The notes under the pieces were generated by a model. That model was not told the origin of the DNA. It saw nothing but the letters and a program-made list of their open reading frames with translations, and ran no database searches. From Azolla caroliniana (lineage: Eukaryota; Plantae; Polypodiophyta), in NCBI GenBank assembly GCA_043228905.1, contig JBHGNT010000003.1, positions 11,222,001 to 11,286,000 on the forward strand: a stretch of DNA of 64,000 nucleotides. The letters are read 5' to 3'. The position numbers and the translations under genes are program-made. This document shows, in pieces, positions 20,921 to 32,548 of the stretch (within the stretch, counting starts at the first letter, position 1; each line of letters begins with the position of its first letter).

Positions 20921-23900
20921 GGAAGGCAGAGGACTCCAGATTCTTGCCGCTGGTGCTAGAAGGCCTCTCCGGAGTTCGGTTGAAGAAGGAAGAGGCGGAC
21001 CGCGCGGAACAACGGGTCTAGGAGGTCACCAGATGGGACGATCTGGTCGAAGAGAAAATGGGCTTCGTAGAAGTTGCTTGCCAGAACTATGAGGTTCTGT
21101 TGGAAGACAAACAGGCAGGAAAAGCCGGAGGGGTCTGTCCCCCGCAGAGGTATGAGACCCGGTTCGGACCGAAACTGACCAGTGCTGGCAACCCCGGCGC
21201 GCCGGACGGAAAGAAGCGGGCGGGGTTTCGGTTGAGCACCGAAATCGAAAGGACTACAGACCTGCGAAAGGTCCTGGAGGATTGTATCCTTGACAGTAAA
21301 GTGGAGTTGTCGTTGCGGGAGGTGCTGGGAATCGCCAAGAGGGAGTTCCACGACTCCATCGTAGACCTGGTGAAGCGGAAGACGCTCTCGACGGATCCAG
21401 AACCGAAGAAGCCGGTGGAGGTGCGGACTACGCACTTAGAAGACGTGGCCCTAGAAGACGAGTTGGCGGAAAGCCACTATGCGAAGCCACATTGGGCCAG
21501 GGCAACTACGGAAACCCCTGTGCGGATCGGCGACGTTCCGGAACCGGTGGTGGCCTTGGTAGACCATGGATCCGAAATCAACCTTATGTCCATGGATTTC
21601 TACAAGAGGGGTAAATGGCCGATCAACACCAAGCATCGGTGGAAGATACGCACGGCGGCGCGTGCTACGGAGGAGTTGCATGGTGCGTGCCCGAATATAC
21701 GCGTAAAGGTCGGTGACGTCGAGATAGAGCAACATTTCTTCGTGTTGGAAACATCCTTGCACCCAGTGATTCTCGGCGAACCATACATTACGGCAGCACG
21801 CATGGAGACGAAGGTGCTGGACAACGGTTCGGCGTATGCGCGAGTCAAGAGCCAGGATGGTCGGCATTCCGTCCAATTCATGACCGTACGTCCGAACCAT
21901 GAGAGGAATCGCGAGACCCTCAGCGGTGACAACGGAGGGGATTTTTAGAGAGGGCTATCAAGGCGTGGGGCCGCGGTAGTCTGGACGTACCGGAAGAACC
22001 CCACACCTGTACCATAGGTAGGAAATTTTGGTTCTCCGACAACGGAGGTTGTACTATGGCCAGCGTTAGCGGCCGAGAAAGGAAGCAAGCGGAGGAGTGG
22101 CTCATGACATGCGGAGTCCTCTCCCCCGTCGAAGAGATCAGCGGCGCCATGGAGGCGGTCTCTTTTGACGACACCTTGGGCGAGTTGCGAAAGGTGGTCG
22201 GTGAAGACCTTAGAGAAGACCGGACCGTTCCAGTAAGTTCGATGGGAATGTATGAAGTCATCGTGGACTTCGGGGAGAGGATCGGGTCGGATCGGACGGC
22301 TCGCGTGGATACAAAGTACAAGATTGTGGACCGGAAGGTGAGGCCAGTCGCGGAACCCTTGCTAGAGGGCAGCGAGGAGCATTGGACCCGAGTTTACAGA
22401 ATCTGGCTGGCATTGGGCACTGGTTCACCAACATAATGCTACGGGAGCTCAAGGTTGGTGGGGGTGGCTTTCTACTGCCGGCGGAGGAGAAAAGGTTTCG
22501 GAGAATGCTCGGAAGGCATGGGAAAGCCTTCGCGTTCTCGGCGGAGGAGATAGGGTGCGTGGACCCAACGATCGTTGAACTGATGGTGATCTTCACGGTA
22601 CCGCATGTACCATGGAATCTCAAACCAATTCTAGTGCCGAGAGCACACATCCCGAAGTCGATGGAGCTTCTGAAGCAAAAGGTGGAGATGGGCATCCTCG
22701 AACCGTCGAGTGCCCCGTATTTGAATCGGTGGTTTATGGTGCCGAAGAAGAACGGCACGCTGCGCTTCATTCATGACCTACAACCTGTCAACAAGGTGAC
22801 CATCCATAGATGAATTCACGGAGGCCTTCGCCGGAAGTTCGATTTACTCTGTCGGTGATCTGTACTCGGGGTAAGATCAGTTCCAACTAGCCGTGGAGAG
22901 CAGAGACATTACGACGATGCGGACCCCTCTCGACGTGTGCGGATGTGTACCCTACCACAAGGAGGGACGAACTCAGTGGCTCACATGGTGAAGGCGATGA
23001 ACAAAGTGCTCAGGGATTGTATCCCGGACATCACCATGCCATTCTTAGACGACATCCCGATCAGTGGATGCCCGGTGGAGGAAAAGGACGAGGCAATCGG
23101 ACCGAACGGATGTCGGAATTTTGTGGTGACTCACATCGATGACTGCGAGAAGGTGCTGCAGAGACTAGAAGGCGCGAGGCTCACCTTCTCCGGGGAAAAA
23201 TTGGCATTCGGGCAATCACAAATCATGGTCGTCGGGCACCTATGCGGACCATACGGTCGGAAACCGTCTCCGGCCAAGGTGGAAGCCATCTCCGCGATGA
23301 AGCATGACTGCAATTCGGTCACGGAGGTCCGCAGATTCTTGGGAGCATGCGCGCTCTACCACATCTGGATCTCGCACTACGCACATGTCGCGGAACCCCT
23401 CTACGAACTATTGAAAAAGGGGCGTAGCTTTGACTAGAGGACGGAGCACACAGAGTCGGTACGGAGACTAAAGGAGGCGCTTACGGTAGCATCGGCTCTC
23501 CGTAAAGCGGTTTACGGCAAGGATGTCCCCATTTGCGTGACGGTGGACACCAGCCTGACCGGGATCGGGTGGGTAATCAGTCAGGAGGACAAGGACGACG
23601 TACGATTCTCGATCCGGTTCAGGGCAAAGGTATTGAGCGAGTGGCAGCGAGGATACGCCCAAGTGAAGTGCGAGCTTTGGGTTGTCGTTTCGGCAGTCAA
23701 GGCCGACAAGGACTATCTGATCGGGACGAAGGTGATCGTTGAGACGGACTGCCTGCCGATACTCGGCATGGTTTCCGGATGCGTGACGCCGGACCTAGCA
23801 ATTCTCCGGTGGATAGCGTACATTAAGTCCCTGAACCCGGAGATACGGCACATCTCCGGAAAGGATAATGCCATGGCCGACATGCTTTCGAGAGCAAGGT

Positions 23901-25210
23901 TCAATGACGAAGACGGCATGGTTTCGGATGACGAAGAAGTCGGCGAGGACTTCTTCGGGTGGGCTAACGTAGCGACGAGGGAAAGGGACACTATGGCGCT
24001 TAACGAATTTGACGAAAGCAGGTATGACGGGGAGTGGTTCCAAATCAGGAGGTTCCTACGGACGACGACGCCGGACGCAGCATGGACGAGAGAAGAGGCG
24101 AGCCGGGTACGGAAGAAGGCGTACCGATTCTCATGCGGGACAAGTGCATATGGAGGCACCCAAAGAAGAGGAACGAAATCCCGCTCCGAGTAGTGACAAA
24201 GAAAGAAGAACAGGAGGAACTACTAGTGGCATTTCATGAGAGTCCCTGGGCCGGGCACCGCGGAACGTGGGCCACGTTCAAGAAGCTGAAGGAGAAGTAC
24301 TGTTGGCCGGGGCTGTACCAGGACGTGCATCGGTTCGTAACGACTTGCGAAAGCGGTCAGATGCACTCCACAGTCCGACACTGGGACGAGCTACACCCGA
24401 CCTACCCGCCTACAATCCATTTCAAGTGGATGGTGGACTTGGTGAGGATGCCGATGGGAGTAGGACAGATGCGGTACCTGGTGCTTGCATGGGAAGACTT
24501 AACGAACCAGGTGGAAGGTCGTGCACTGCAGAACAAGACAACCGCGGCGGTATGCTGGTTCCTGATCGAAGAGGTAGTGTGTCGGTATGGGTGCGTCAGG
24601 AGGATCGTGGCGGACCGGGGAGAGCTGGATGCGCGGGAAGCTGAGGAGCTGTTCGACCGGCTAGGCGTCAAACTCTCCCTCACTACGGCGTACAATCCAG
24701 AGGCGAACGGAAAGGTAGAACGTGGGCACGGGCCAATCGTAAAGGCATTGGTGCGTGCATGTGGAGGGCAGGTCGGGAATTGGCCGCGGCTCTTTCCTTA
24801 CGCACTATGGGCAGACCGAACTATGCACAGTTCGGTGATAGGGTTTATGCCGGCAGAGCTGATGTACTGACAGAAGTCGATCATGCCGGTGGAACAGACG
24901 GTTTCTTCATGGGCAGCGGTAAATTGGAAGGACGAAATGAGCCGGGAGGAGTTGCTGGCATCGCGGATTCGGCAACTCAAGCAGAGGCCGTAGGACGTGA
25001 AACAGGCGATGGAAAAGCTGCGAGCGGCAAGGGAACAGAACAAGACCCGGTTCAGCCTGAAGCACCGGTTGCGACCAAAGAAGATCGAGGAAGGCGAGTG
25101 GGTCTTGGTATACGACAGCAGCCTCGACAATCAGCACAAGGCGGTGCGAAAGTTCGCTAGGAGATGGTTCGGGCCCTACACGGTGACGAGCGCGAACGAC
25201 AATGGCACGT
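20921..25210 (+). mobile_element. Element E: truncated Trp-family gypsy (gag 3' part, PR, RT, RH, INT), no LTRs in view
   Basis: ORF 21058-21948 (LVDHGSEINL, ends GGDF*); RT PFLDD; VTVDTS RNase H; integrase GHRG..WMVD..ADRGE..VERGH; WFGPY. Interrupted at 25211 by F. Confidence 0.93.
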
Positions 25211-25283
25211 TGTTGTGTTGTTACGCGCGTGCGTGGAGAACAAGGCGGGACCACTGGGGTCTTGGACCGAGGAATAGGTGGGG

Positions 25284-25323
<40 letters not shown>

Positions 25324-25908
25324 CGCTCACGTATAGACAAGGAAGCGCACGAGGACGCGCGCACAATAACACAGGAGAGACCAGTTGGGCAGGAGATAGA
25401 GTATAAGAACGCGTATATAAATATATGCATGCAGATGACTCGAACGGTTACAGCCGAACAGGTCGGCGAGACGGCTCTCGACACCTGATCACCCACGCAC
25501 ACAGGGGGGCAAGATGGAGATTCTACCGGAAGCACACGGGCGTTCCACGGAGCAGGATCAGCCTCTCGAGATCCTGCGCAGAGAAAGCTTATGGAGAACG
25601 ACAGAGGAGAAGAGCTCGGTCCCAGTCCGACAGCACTTCGTCCCCTCTAATGCGCGATACCCTTCTCTCCCCCGTCTCCCTCTCTTTTATAGCTCAACGA
25701 GGGAGGCCGTCTTACCCGTTTACATCACATTAATTCTTTGTCGTTTCAGACAGAGATACTCCTCGATTCTCCCTATAGAATATTGCTACCTAGGATCTAA
25801 CCTTTGTGCCTACCTATCTATTGTACAACAAAGGGCGTTCCCACGTGTAAGGGCCGGTTTACACCCACTATACACGGTTTGCGCCTGGGGATGGTTTTCT
25901 TCACGACA
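25211..25908 (-). repeat. 3' LTR of element F (698 bp) containing a (GA)n microsatellite at about 25287-25321
   Basis: Inverted termini and adjacent PPT GGTGGGGGCGGA. Confidence 0.88.
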
Positions 25909-28900
25909 TCCGCCCCCACCTAACCGCGCATCCACCGGTATGCGCCAAAATTGGGTTCCTACTGGAGAGAACCGGTCCTTGCTTTATCCCTCGTTTACCG
26001 GTTCGTCCTCCGCCTCGGGCTGCTCGTCGTCGCTGTCCGCGCCTCCTAGCTCTGGCTCACCGTCGTGTCGTTTCTTCAACGCTTTGATCCTGTTCCCCGC
26101 TACCGGTATTGCCATTCTCGTACCGTCGAGCTCCGTGAGATGGTACGTCCCATTGTCGTTGGCGCTTGTTACTACGTAAGGCCCGAACCACCTCCTCGCA
26201 AACTTCCGCGTGGCCCTGTGCTGATTGTCGAGGCTGCTGTCGTAGACTAGAACCCAGTGGCCTTCCTCGATCTTCCTTGGCCGGAGTCGGTGTGTTCGGT
26301 CGAACCGGGCTTTGTTCCTTATCCTTGCTACCCGAAGTTTCTCCGCGGCTCGTTGTACGTCCTCCGGCCTCCGCTCGAGTTGTCGAATCCGCGCCGCCAA
26401 CAGTTCCTCCCGGCTCATCTCATCCCTCCAGTCCACCGTGGCCCACGAGGAGACCGTTCGCTCTGTTGGCATGATCGGCTTCTGTCCGAACATCAGCCCG
26501 GCCGGCATGAACCCGGTTACCGAACTGTGCGTATTCCGGTCTGCCCACAAGGCATAAGGTAGCAGCCGTGGCCAGTCCCTGACTCGGCCTCCGCACGCCC
26601 GTACTAGCGCTTTGACAATTGGCCCGTGTCCGCGCTCCACCTTCCTGTTCGCCTCCGGATTGTACGCTGTGGTGACCGAAAGTTTGACTCCTAGCCGTTC
26701 GAACAGCTCTTCGGCCTCTTCTGCGTCCAACTCACCACGGTCAGCCACAATCTTCCCTACGCACCCGTATCGGCATACCACGTCCTCAATCAAAAACCGG
26801 CACACGGCTGTAGTCGTCTTGTTCTGCAAGGCTCGTCCTTCAACCTGGTTCGTTAGATCTTCTTGAGCCATCACCAGATACCGCATCTGTCCTACCCCCA
26901 TTGGCATCGTCACCAAATCCACTATCCACTTGAAGTGGACGGTCGGAGGGTAGGTCGGGTGAAGCTCGTCCCGGTGTCGGATCATGGAGTGCACCTGACA
27001 GCTTTCGCAAGTCGTCACGAATCGATGCACGCCCCGGTATAGTCCCGGCCACTAGTACTTCCCCTTTAGCTTTTCGAACGTGGCCCACGTTCCACGGTGT
27101 CCAGCCCACGGCTATCGTGGTACGCCGCCAACAAATCCTCCTGTTCCTCCTTCTTCGCCACTACTCGGAGCGGGATGCCGTTCCTCTTCTTTGGGTGCTT
27201 CCATATGTATCCGTCCCGGAGAAAGAATAGGTACGCTTTCTTCCGAATCCTGTTTGCCTCATCCGTTGCCCATGCCGCGTCCGGTGTCATTGTTTTCAGA
27301 AACCCGCCGATCTGCAGCCACTCCCCGTCGTACTTGCTCTCGTCAAAATCATTAAGCGTTGGAGTGCATTCCCTGCCGGTTGCTATGTGAGCCGCCTTGA
27401 AGAAGTCCATGCCGACTTCTTCGTCCTCCAAAACCATGCCGCCCTCATTTTCGAACCTCGCCCTTGAAAGCATGTCGGCCATGGCATTGTCTTTCCCGGA
27501 AATGTGTCGTATTTCCGGATTCAGGGACTTGATGTACGCTATCCACTTGAGCATTGCCAGGTCCAGCGTCGCGCATCCGGAAACCATGCCAAGAATTGGT
27601 AGGCAGTCCGTCTCGATAATTACCTTTGCCCCGATGAGGTAGTCTTTATCGGCCTTTACCGCCGAAATGATACCCAGAGCTCGCGTTTAACCTGGGCATA
27701 TCCTCGCTATCGCTCGTTGAGGACCTTCGCACCGAACCATATCGGGAAACGCATGCTGTCCTCGTCCTCTTGGTTGATGACCCATCCGATCCCGGTCGGG
27801 CTCGTGTCTACCGTTACGAAAATTGGGGTGTCCTTTCCGTAGACAGCCTTTCGGAGCGTCGGAGCTGCGGCAAGTGCTTCCTTCATCTTTCGGACAAACT
27901 CCGTATGCTCGTCTCTCCACTCGAATTTTCGCCCCTTTTTCAGCAACCCGTATAACGGTTCCGCAACGTGAGCGTAATGCGGGATCCATATGTGGTAGAA
28001 CGCGCACGCTCCCAAGAACCTCTGAACCTCCGTGACCGAGCTACAGTTGTTCTTCATCGCCGAGATGGCTTCTACCTTAACCGGAGACGGTCTCCGGCCG
28101 TACGGCCCGCATAGGTGTCCGACGACCATGATGTTTGATTGCCCGAAGGCCAACTTTCCCCCAGAGAAGGTGAGCCTCGCGCCCTCCAACCTCTGCAGCA
28201 CCTTCTCGCAGTCGTCGATGTGCGTCGCCACGAATTTCCGGCATCCGTCCGGTCCGATCGTCTCATCCCTTTCCTCCACCGGGCATCCCTTGATTGGGAC
28301 GTCGTCCAAAAACGGCATGGTGATGGCCGGGATACAATCCCTCAACACTTTGTTCATTGCGTTCACCATGTGAGCCACCGAGTTTGTCCCTCCTTGCGGC
28401 AGGGTACACATCCGTACTAGGCCGAGAGGAGTTCGCATTGTCGTGATGTTCTTGCTCTCTACAGCAAGCTGGAACTGATCGTAACCCGAGTAGAGATCAC
28501 CGACCGAGTAAATCGACCTTCCGGCGAAGGCCTCCGCGAACTCGTCTATTGTTGGTCCGATTCCTGCGTTTCGAATGGTCACCTTGTTGACCGGTTGCAG
28601 GTCTTGAATAAAGCGCAGTGTGCCGTCCTTCTTCGGCACGGTAAACCACCGATTCGAGTATGGGGCACTCGACGGTTCGAGGATTCCCATCTCGACCTTC
28701 TGCTTTAACAACTCCATCAGCTTCGGGATGTGAGCTCTGGGTACTGGAATCGGTTTGAGACTCCACGGCACATGCGGTACCGTCAATATCACCATCGGTT
28801 CCACGACTGTCAGGTCTACGCACCCGATCTCCTCCGGTGAGAATGCGAAAGCCTTCCCGTGCCTTCCGAGCATTCCCCAAAACCGGTCCTCTTCCGCCGG

Positions 28901-30211
28901 CAGTAGGAAGCCGCCCCCACCGACCTTGAGCTCCCGTAGCGTTATGTCGGTGAACGTGTGTCCTATGCGGGCCGGATTTCGTAAACTCGGGTCCGACGCA
29001 ACCCCCTTTATTCGCAACTCGCTGCCCTCCGGCAAGGGAGCCGCGACTAGCCTCACCTTCCGGTCCACAGTCTTGTACCTCGTGTCCACTCGGGCCGTCC
29101 GAACCGACTCAAGCCCTCTTCTGAAGTCAGCGATGACTTCGTACATCCTTTCCGAACATACCGGAATCGTCCGGTCCTCTTTAAGGACTCCTCCGACTAC
29201 CTCTCGCAGCTCCCCCAAGGTATCGTCGAAAGAGACCGCCTCCACGGCTCCGTTGATTTCTTCTCGGAGGCCGAGGATACCACAAGCCCGAAGTCGCTCC
29301 TCCGCCCTCTTCTTCTTCCGCCCAACAACGTCAACTATCGTACACCCTCCGTTGTCGGAGAACCAAAATTTCCTACTTATAGTACAGGTCTTCTCCGCTA
29401 TCGTACATTTGTGGGGTTTTCCCGGAATGTCTCGACTATCGCGGTCACTCCATCGGGTCACCTCCCGGACCCGTTTTTCCGCGCGGTCCGCCTCATCATT
29501 CCTTAGTCGTACGCCGGCGAGGCCTTCTAGCATCGTCGGCCAGAACCCGACTTTGTTCATCTTCAGGGCCTCGCCACCTCCGACCCGAATACCAGTTGAC
29601 GCCGAGTAGTGGACGGTCTCCGCATGACGAGCCGCCGCCTCCTCCATCAGCCTTTTCATACCCCCTCACCCGACGTTCAGGTTCAGGGCCCTTCGGGTCT
29701 CGCTGGCATGCACCCGACCGTTACACAGGTACACCACGTTGCTTATCATCGCCTCGGCGAAGTCCCCGCAGTCCTTTCGGATGTGCCCAACTGCGTCACA
29801 CCACATGCACCTGTTTTCAGCTAGAGGTCATCGGTCACGGGCCTGTTCGCCACCATCCCTCCATGCCTGGGCGATCTGGAGATCTCTTACCATCCGCGTT
29901 AGCTCCTCCAGAGCTGCTCCCCCCGACGAGCCCTTGACCACGCCGGTCGAAGCCGACCCGGTCTCGAGCCAATCTCGGGTCTCTTCCCTTCGCGTTGGTG
30001 GTGTTGGTTCGAGCTTCCTTGCTGCGACAGAGCCCGCCCCTGTCGACCCTTTGTCAACCCATTCCCGCCATTTGTCAAAATGGCCACAGACCCTTTTCAA
30101 CATGGCCCAGTCGGCCGTCAGCCCGTCATCAGTCACCAGTAGGAGGCCTACCTGTTCCCGATCCCACTCGTCAACCGACTTAACAAACAATAGGACATGG
30201 CTTGTGTCCAG
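25211..30211 (-). mobile_element. Element F: Trp-family gypsy with 3' LTR, pol and partial gag; internal deletion removes the protease
   Basis: LTR 25211-25908 (TGTTGTG..CACGACA), PPT at 25909-25920, INT ORF 25984-27030, RT ORF 27707-29659; left flank CACGT. Confidence 0.93.
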
Positions 30212-30651
30212 TGTTGGCCGGTCAGAAGAGCAAGGACAAGTGGGAAGGCGGAGTCGGATCGGATAATAGGAAGGAAATAATAGTAGAATTATTATTCGGA
30301 GGGACGGATCCGGTACAGTTGTACCGATCCGGATCCGGACCGATTCGGATGTCGGTTGCCTAAGCGCACCGATTGTAACCTTGCCGGATGCCTATAAAAG
30401 GATCCGATGATTTGTAAAAGAGGGAAGAAAGTAACGCAATAATTGTTATTGTATTACTTTCGTCCCCCTTTTACAAATCATCGGATCCTTTTATAGGCAT
30501 CCGGCAAGGTTACAATCGGTGCGCTTAGGCAACCGACATCCGAATCGGTCCGGATCCGTCCCTCCGAATAATAATTCTACTATTATTTCCTTCCTATTAT
30601 CCGATCCGACTCCGCCTTCCCACTTGTCCTTGCTCTTCTAACCGGCCAACA
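30212..30651. repeat. Long inverted repeat formed by two partial G-family LTRs fused head-on
   Basis: 30212-30433 is the reverse complement of about 30459-30651. Both arms match the LTRs at 38321-38702 and 40288-40676. Confidence 0.93.
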
Positions 30652-30653
30652 CA

Positions 30654-30669
30654 TGGCACGCCCGTGGGA
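30654..30669 (+). promoter_or_regulatory. Inverted PBS-like site TGGCACGCCCGTGGGA at the expected PPT position of G
   Basis: 2 nt from the LTR end. Its first 11 nt are identical to the 5' PBS of related element I (57675). Matches the recalled tRNA-Arg(UCU) 3' end with a 1-nt gap. Confidence 0.75.
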
Positions 30670-30701
30670 AAGTGCCTTGCACTTCGAATCCACTCCCGGC
30701 C

Positions 30702-32342
30702 TCATTCTTCCTCCAAAATATCGAGCACACTCTGCTCGATGGTGTCAAGTGGTGCTTCTTCCTCCTGTTCCTGTTCCTTGCCTGCCTGGTCTCCGACCTC
30801 CGGTTGGGTGGGCTGTTCCGTAAAAATTTGCTGCTCCGGCTCTGCTTGATTCTGTGGTGCCGGTGCTTCCTCACCGCTTCGTCCGGGTTCTTCCTGTTCT
30901 CCCTCTGTTCCAGGCTCTGTTCTGTTACCAGTGTCACTTTCTCTGGTCTCGACTGGTTGGCTCGGTACGCCTTCTTCCTCTGCTCTGGTGTCTTCCGGTC
31001 TCAGCTCTTCTTCTTCTCCGGCATCGGGCTGCTCCTGCTCTTCTTCTTCTCCTTCGATCGGAAGTTCTTCTTCGGGTATTCCTTGTCGGGGTTGTTCATT
31101 CTTCTTCTCTGGGATGACCGGTTCTCTGAAGTCTGGCACAACCGGTGTCGGTGCTGCTTCCCTCGGAACGGGTTCCGGTATTGTTTCCGCCTCGGCTACT
31201 GGAGGTGGTCCTTGCGCCCTCTGTTGGGTTTTGTCAACTGGTGGAGCCGGTCCTTTCGCCCGTTTCTCCCGACCTTGTCTTGCTGGGAGTCTTACCAGTG
31301 GTTCGGATGAGTCTTCTGTTTCAGCTTCCTCCTCCGGTGCGGTTACCAGACGGACCTTTTGTATAAAGTCCTTTGGTTCCGGTTTCGGCCGTCGCAGCGT
31401 TATATGGATTGGTTTGCGCGCTACCGGTTCCACCTCGGCCGATTTCCCTTTGCCTTTACCTGCCGGTTTTGCCTTTGTTGCCGGTTCCTGTTGCTATTGG
31501 GATGGTCCTTCCCCCCGCTGTTCTGCTTCTTGCTGGGTCCATCCGGGGGTGTGTTTCTCCAAGATCTGTCGGCGCTTTGTGACCTTTTTCGGCATCGTCT
31601 CCTGCCGACCTCTTTTCTTTTGTGTGATGGGGAGCACCGGTGGAACTAACACCGTTAGCCATTGTGCTATCCCGGCCCATGGCTTTTTTCCTTCCACAAG
31701 ATTCTTGATGGCCTCCTTCAATCCTTCGGTTATGAAATGGAGCCAGTCTATTTGTAAGCCTTCGTACGCTGCTATTAAGAACGTTGCCCGGTACTTGGCT
31801 ATGGCCGGGGGACGGGGATTCACGAATCCATATTCCATCATGGCGTGGGCCACTTCTCCGAACAACAAGTTCTCTCCGCCCTGCGTTCGGTACGCCTTGC
31901 TGCTCATAGAGTACTCACCGAAATATTCGAACAGGATCTCACTTGAAGGGTTTTCGATTGTTTGAAGTCCTCCTGCTTTTATCCCCGTGAGCGCCTGCAC
32001 CGCTCCTTCCGTGACTTCTGACAAATCGATTGATGTTGCCGCCTGCTCTGGTTCTGCGTGTGGTGGAGCGTCGGCGATCCGCAACAATCCTTTTAACCCG
32101 TTCTCCCTCATCCATTGGCGTGCCTCTTCCGACAGTACCATTGTTTCGAATTCTTCTTCTGTTGCCTGTTGTTCGGGATCGGGCTGTGTGTGCTCTGTGC
32201 GTCGGATCGCTCTTCTGTGCTTCTGCGCCTGTATGTAGGAAAATTCGTAAAAAGTTAGTCCTTCGCAGGCCTGTGCCTTATATAGTGGCTTTTGCCTCGA
32301 GCCGCCCTTTTTCGTTTCCCGCGCATGTTCCTCTCCCGCCAT
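30702..32342 (-). pseudogene. Extra sense ORF downstream of pol in G (547 codons, one internal TAG at 31494-31496): globular N-domain plus E/P/Q-rich disordered tail
   Basis: ORFs 31494-32405 and 30702-31433 are in the same frame. The N-domain is homologous to 63658-64000. Confidence 0.85.
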
Positions 32343-32548
32343 AATTAGTATGTCCTTTCTTGTTTGCCGCGTGTAAGTGCCCACGTTCCATGCTTTAAAT
32401 AGCAAGTATGCGCACGTCCTTCTTTAATGCATGGCGCCTCTTCGTTGCATGGTGGCGCTCCCACCTCTTGTGATCTCCCCATCATTACTATGATTCGCGT
32501 CGATTTTGCCCACGTCTTCTTCTTTTTTTCTTTTTTTTTTGGACCACG

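Noticed and set aside
30672-31965. Plus-strand ORFs of 212 and 344 aa, and similar antisense ORFs over D, F and G
   Set aside because: They are antisense shadows of E/K-rich coding frames with no independent homology signal.
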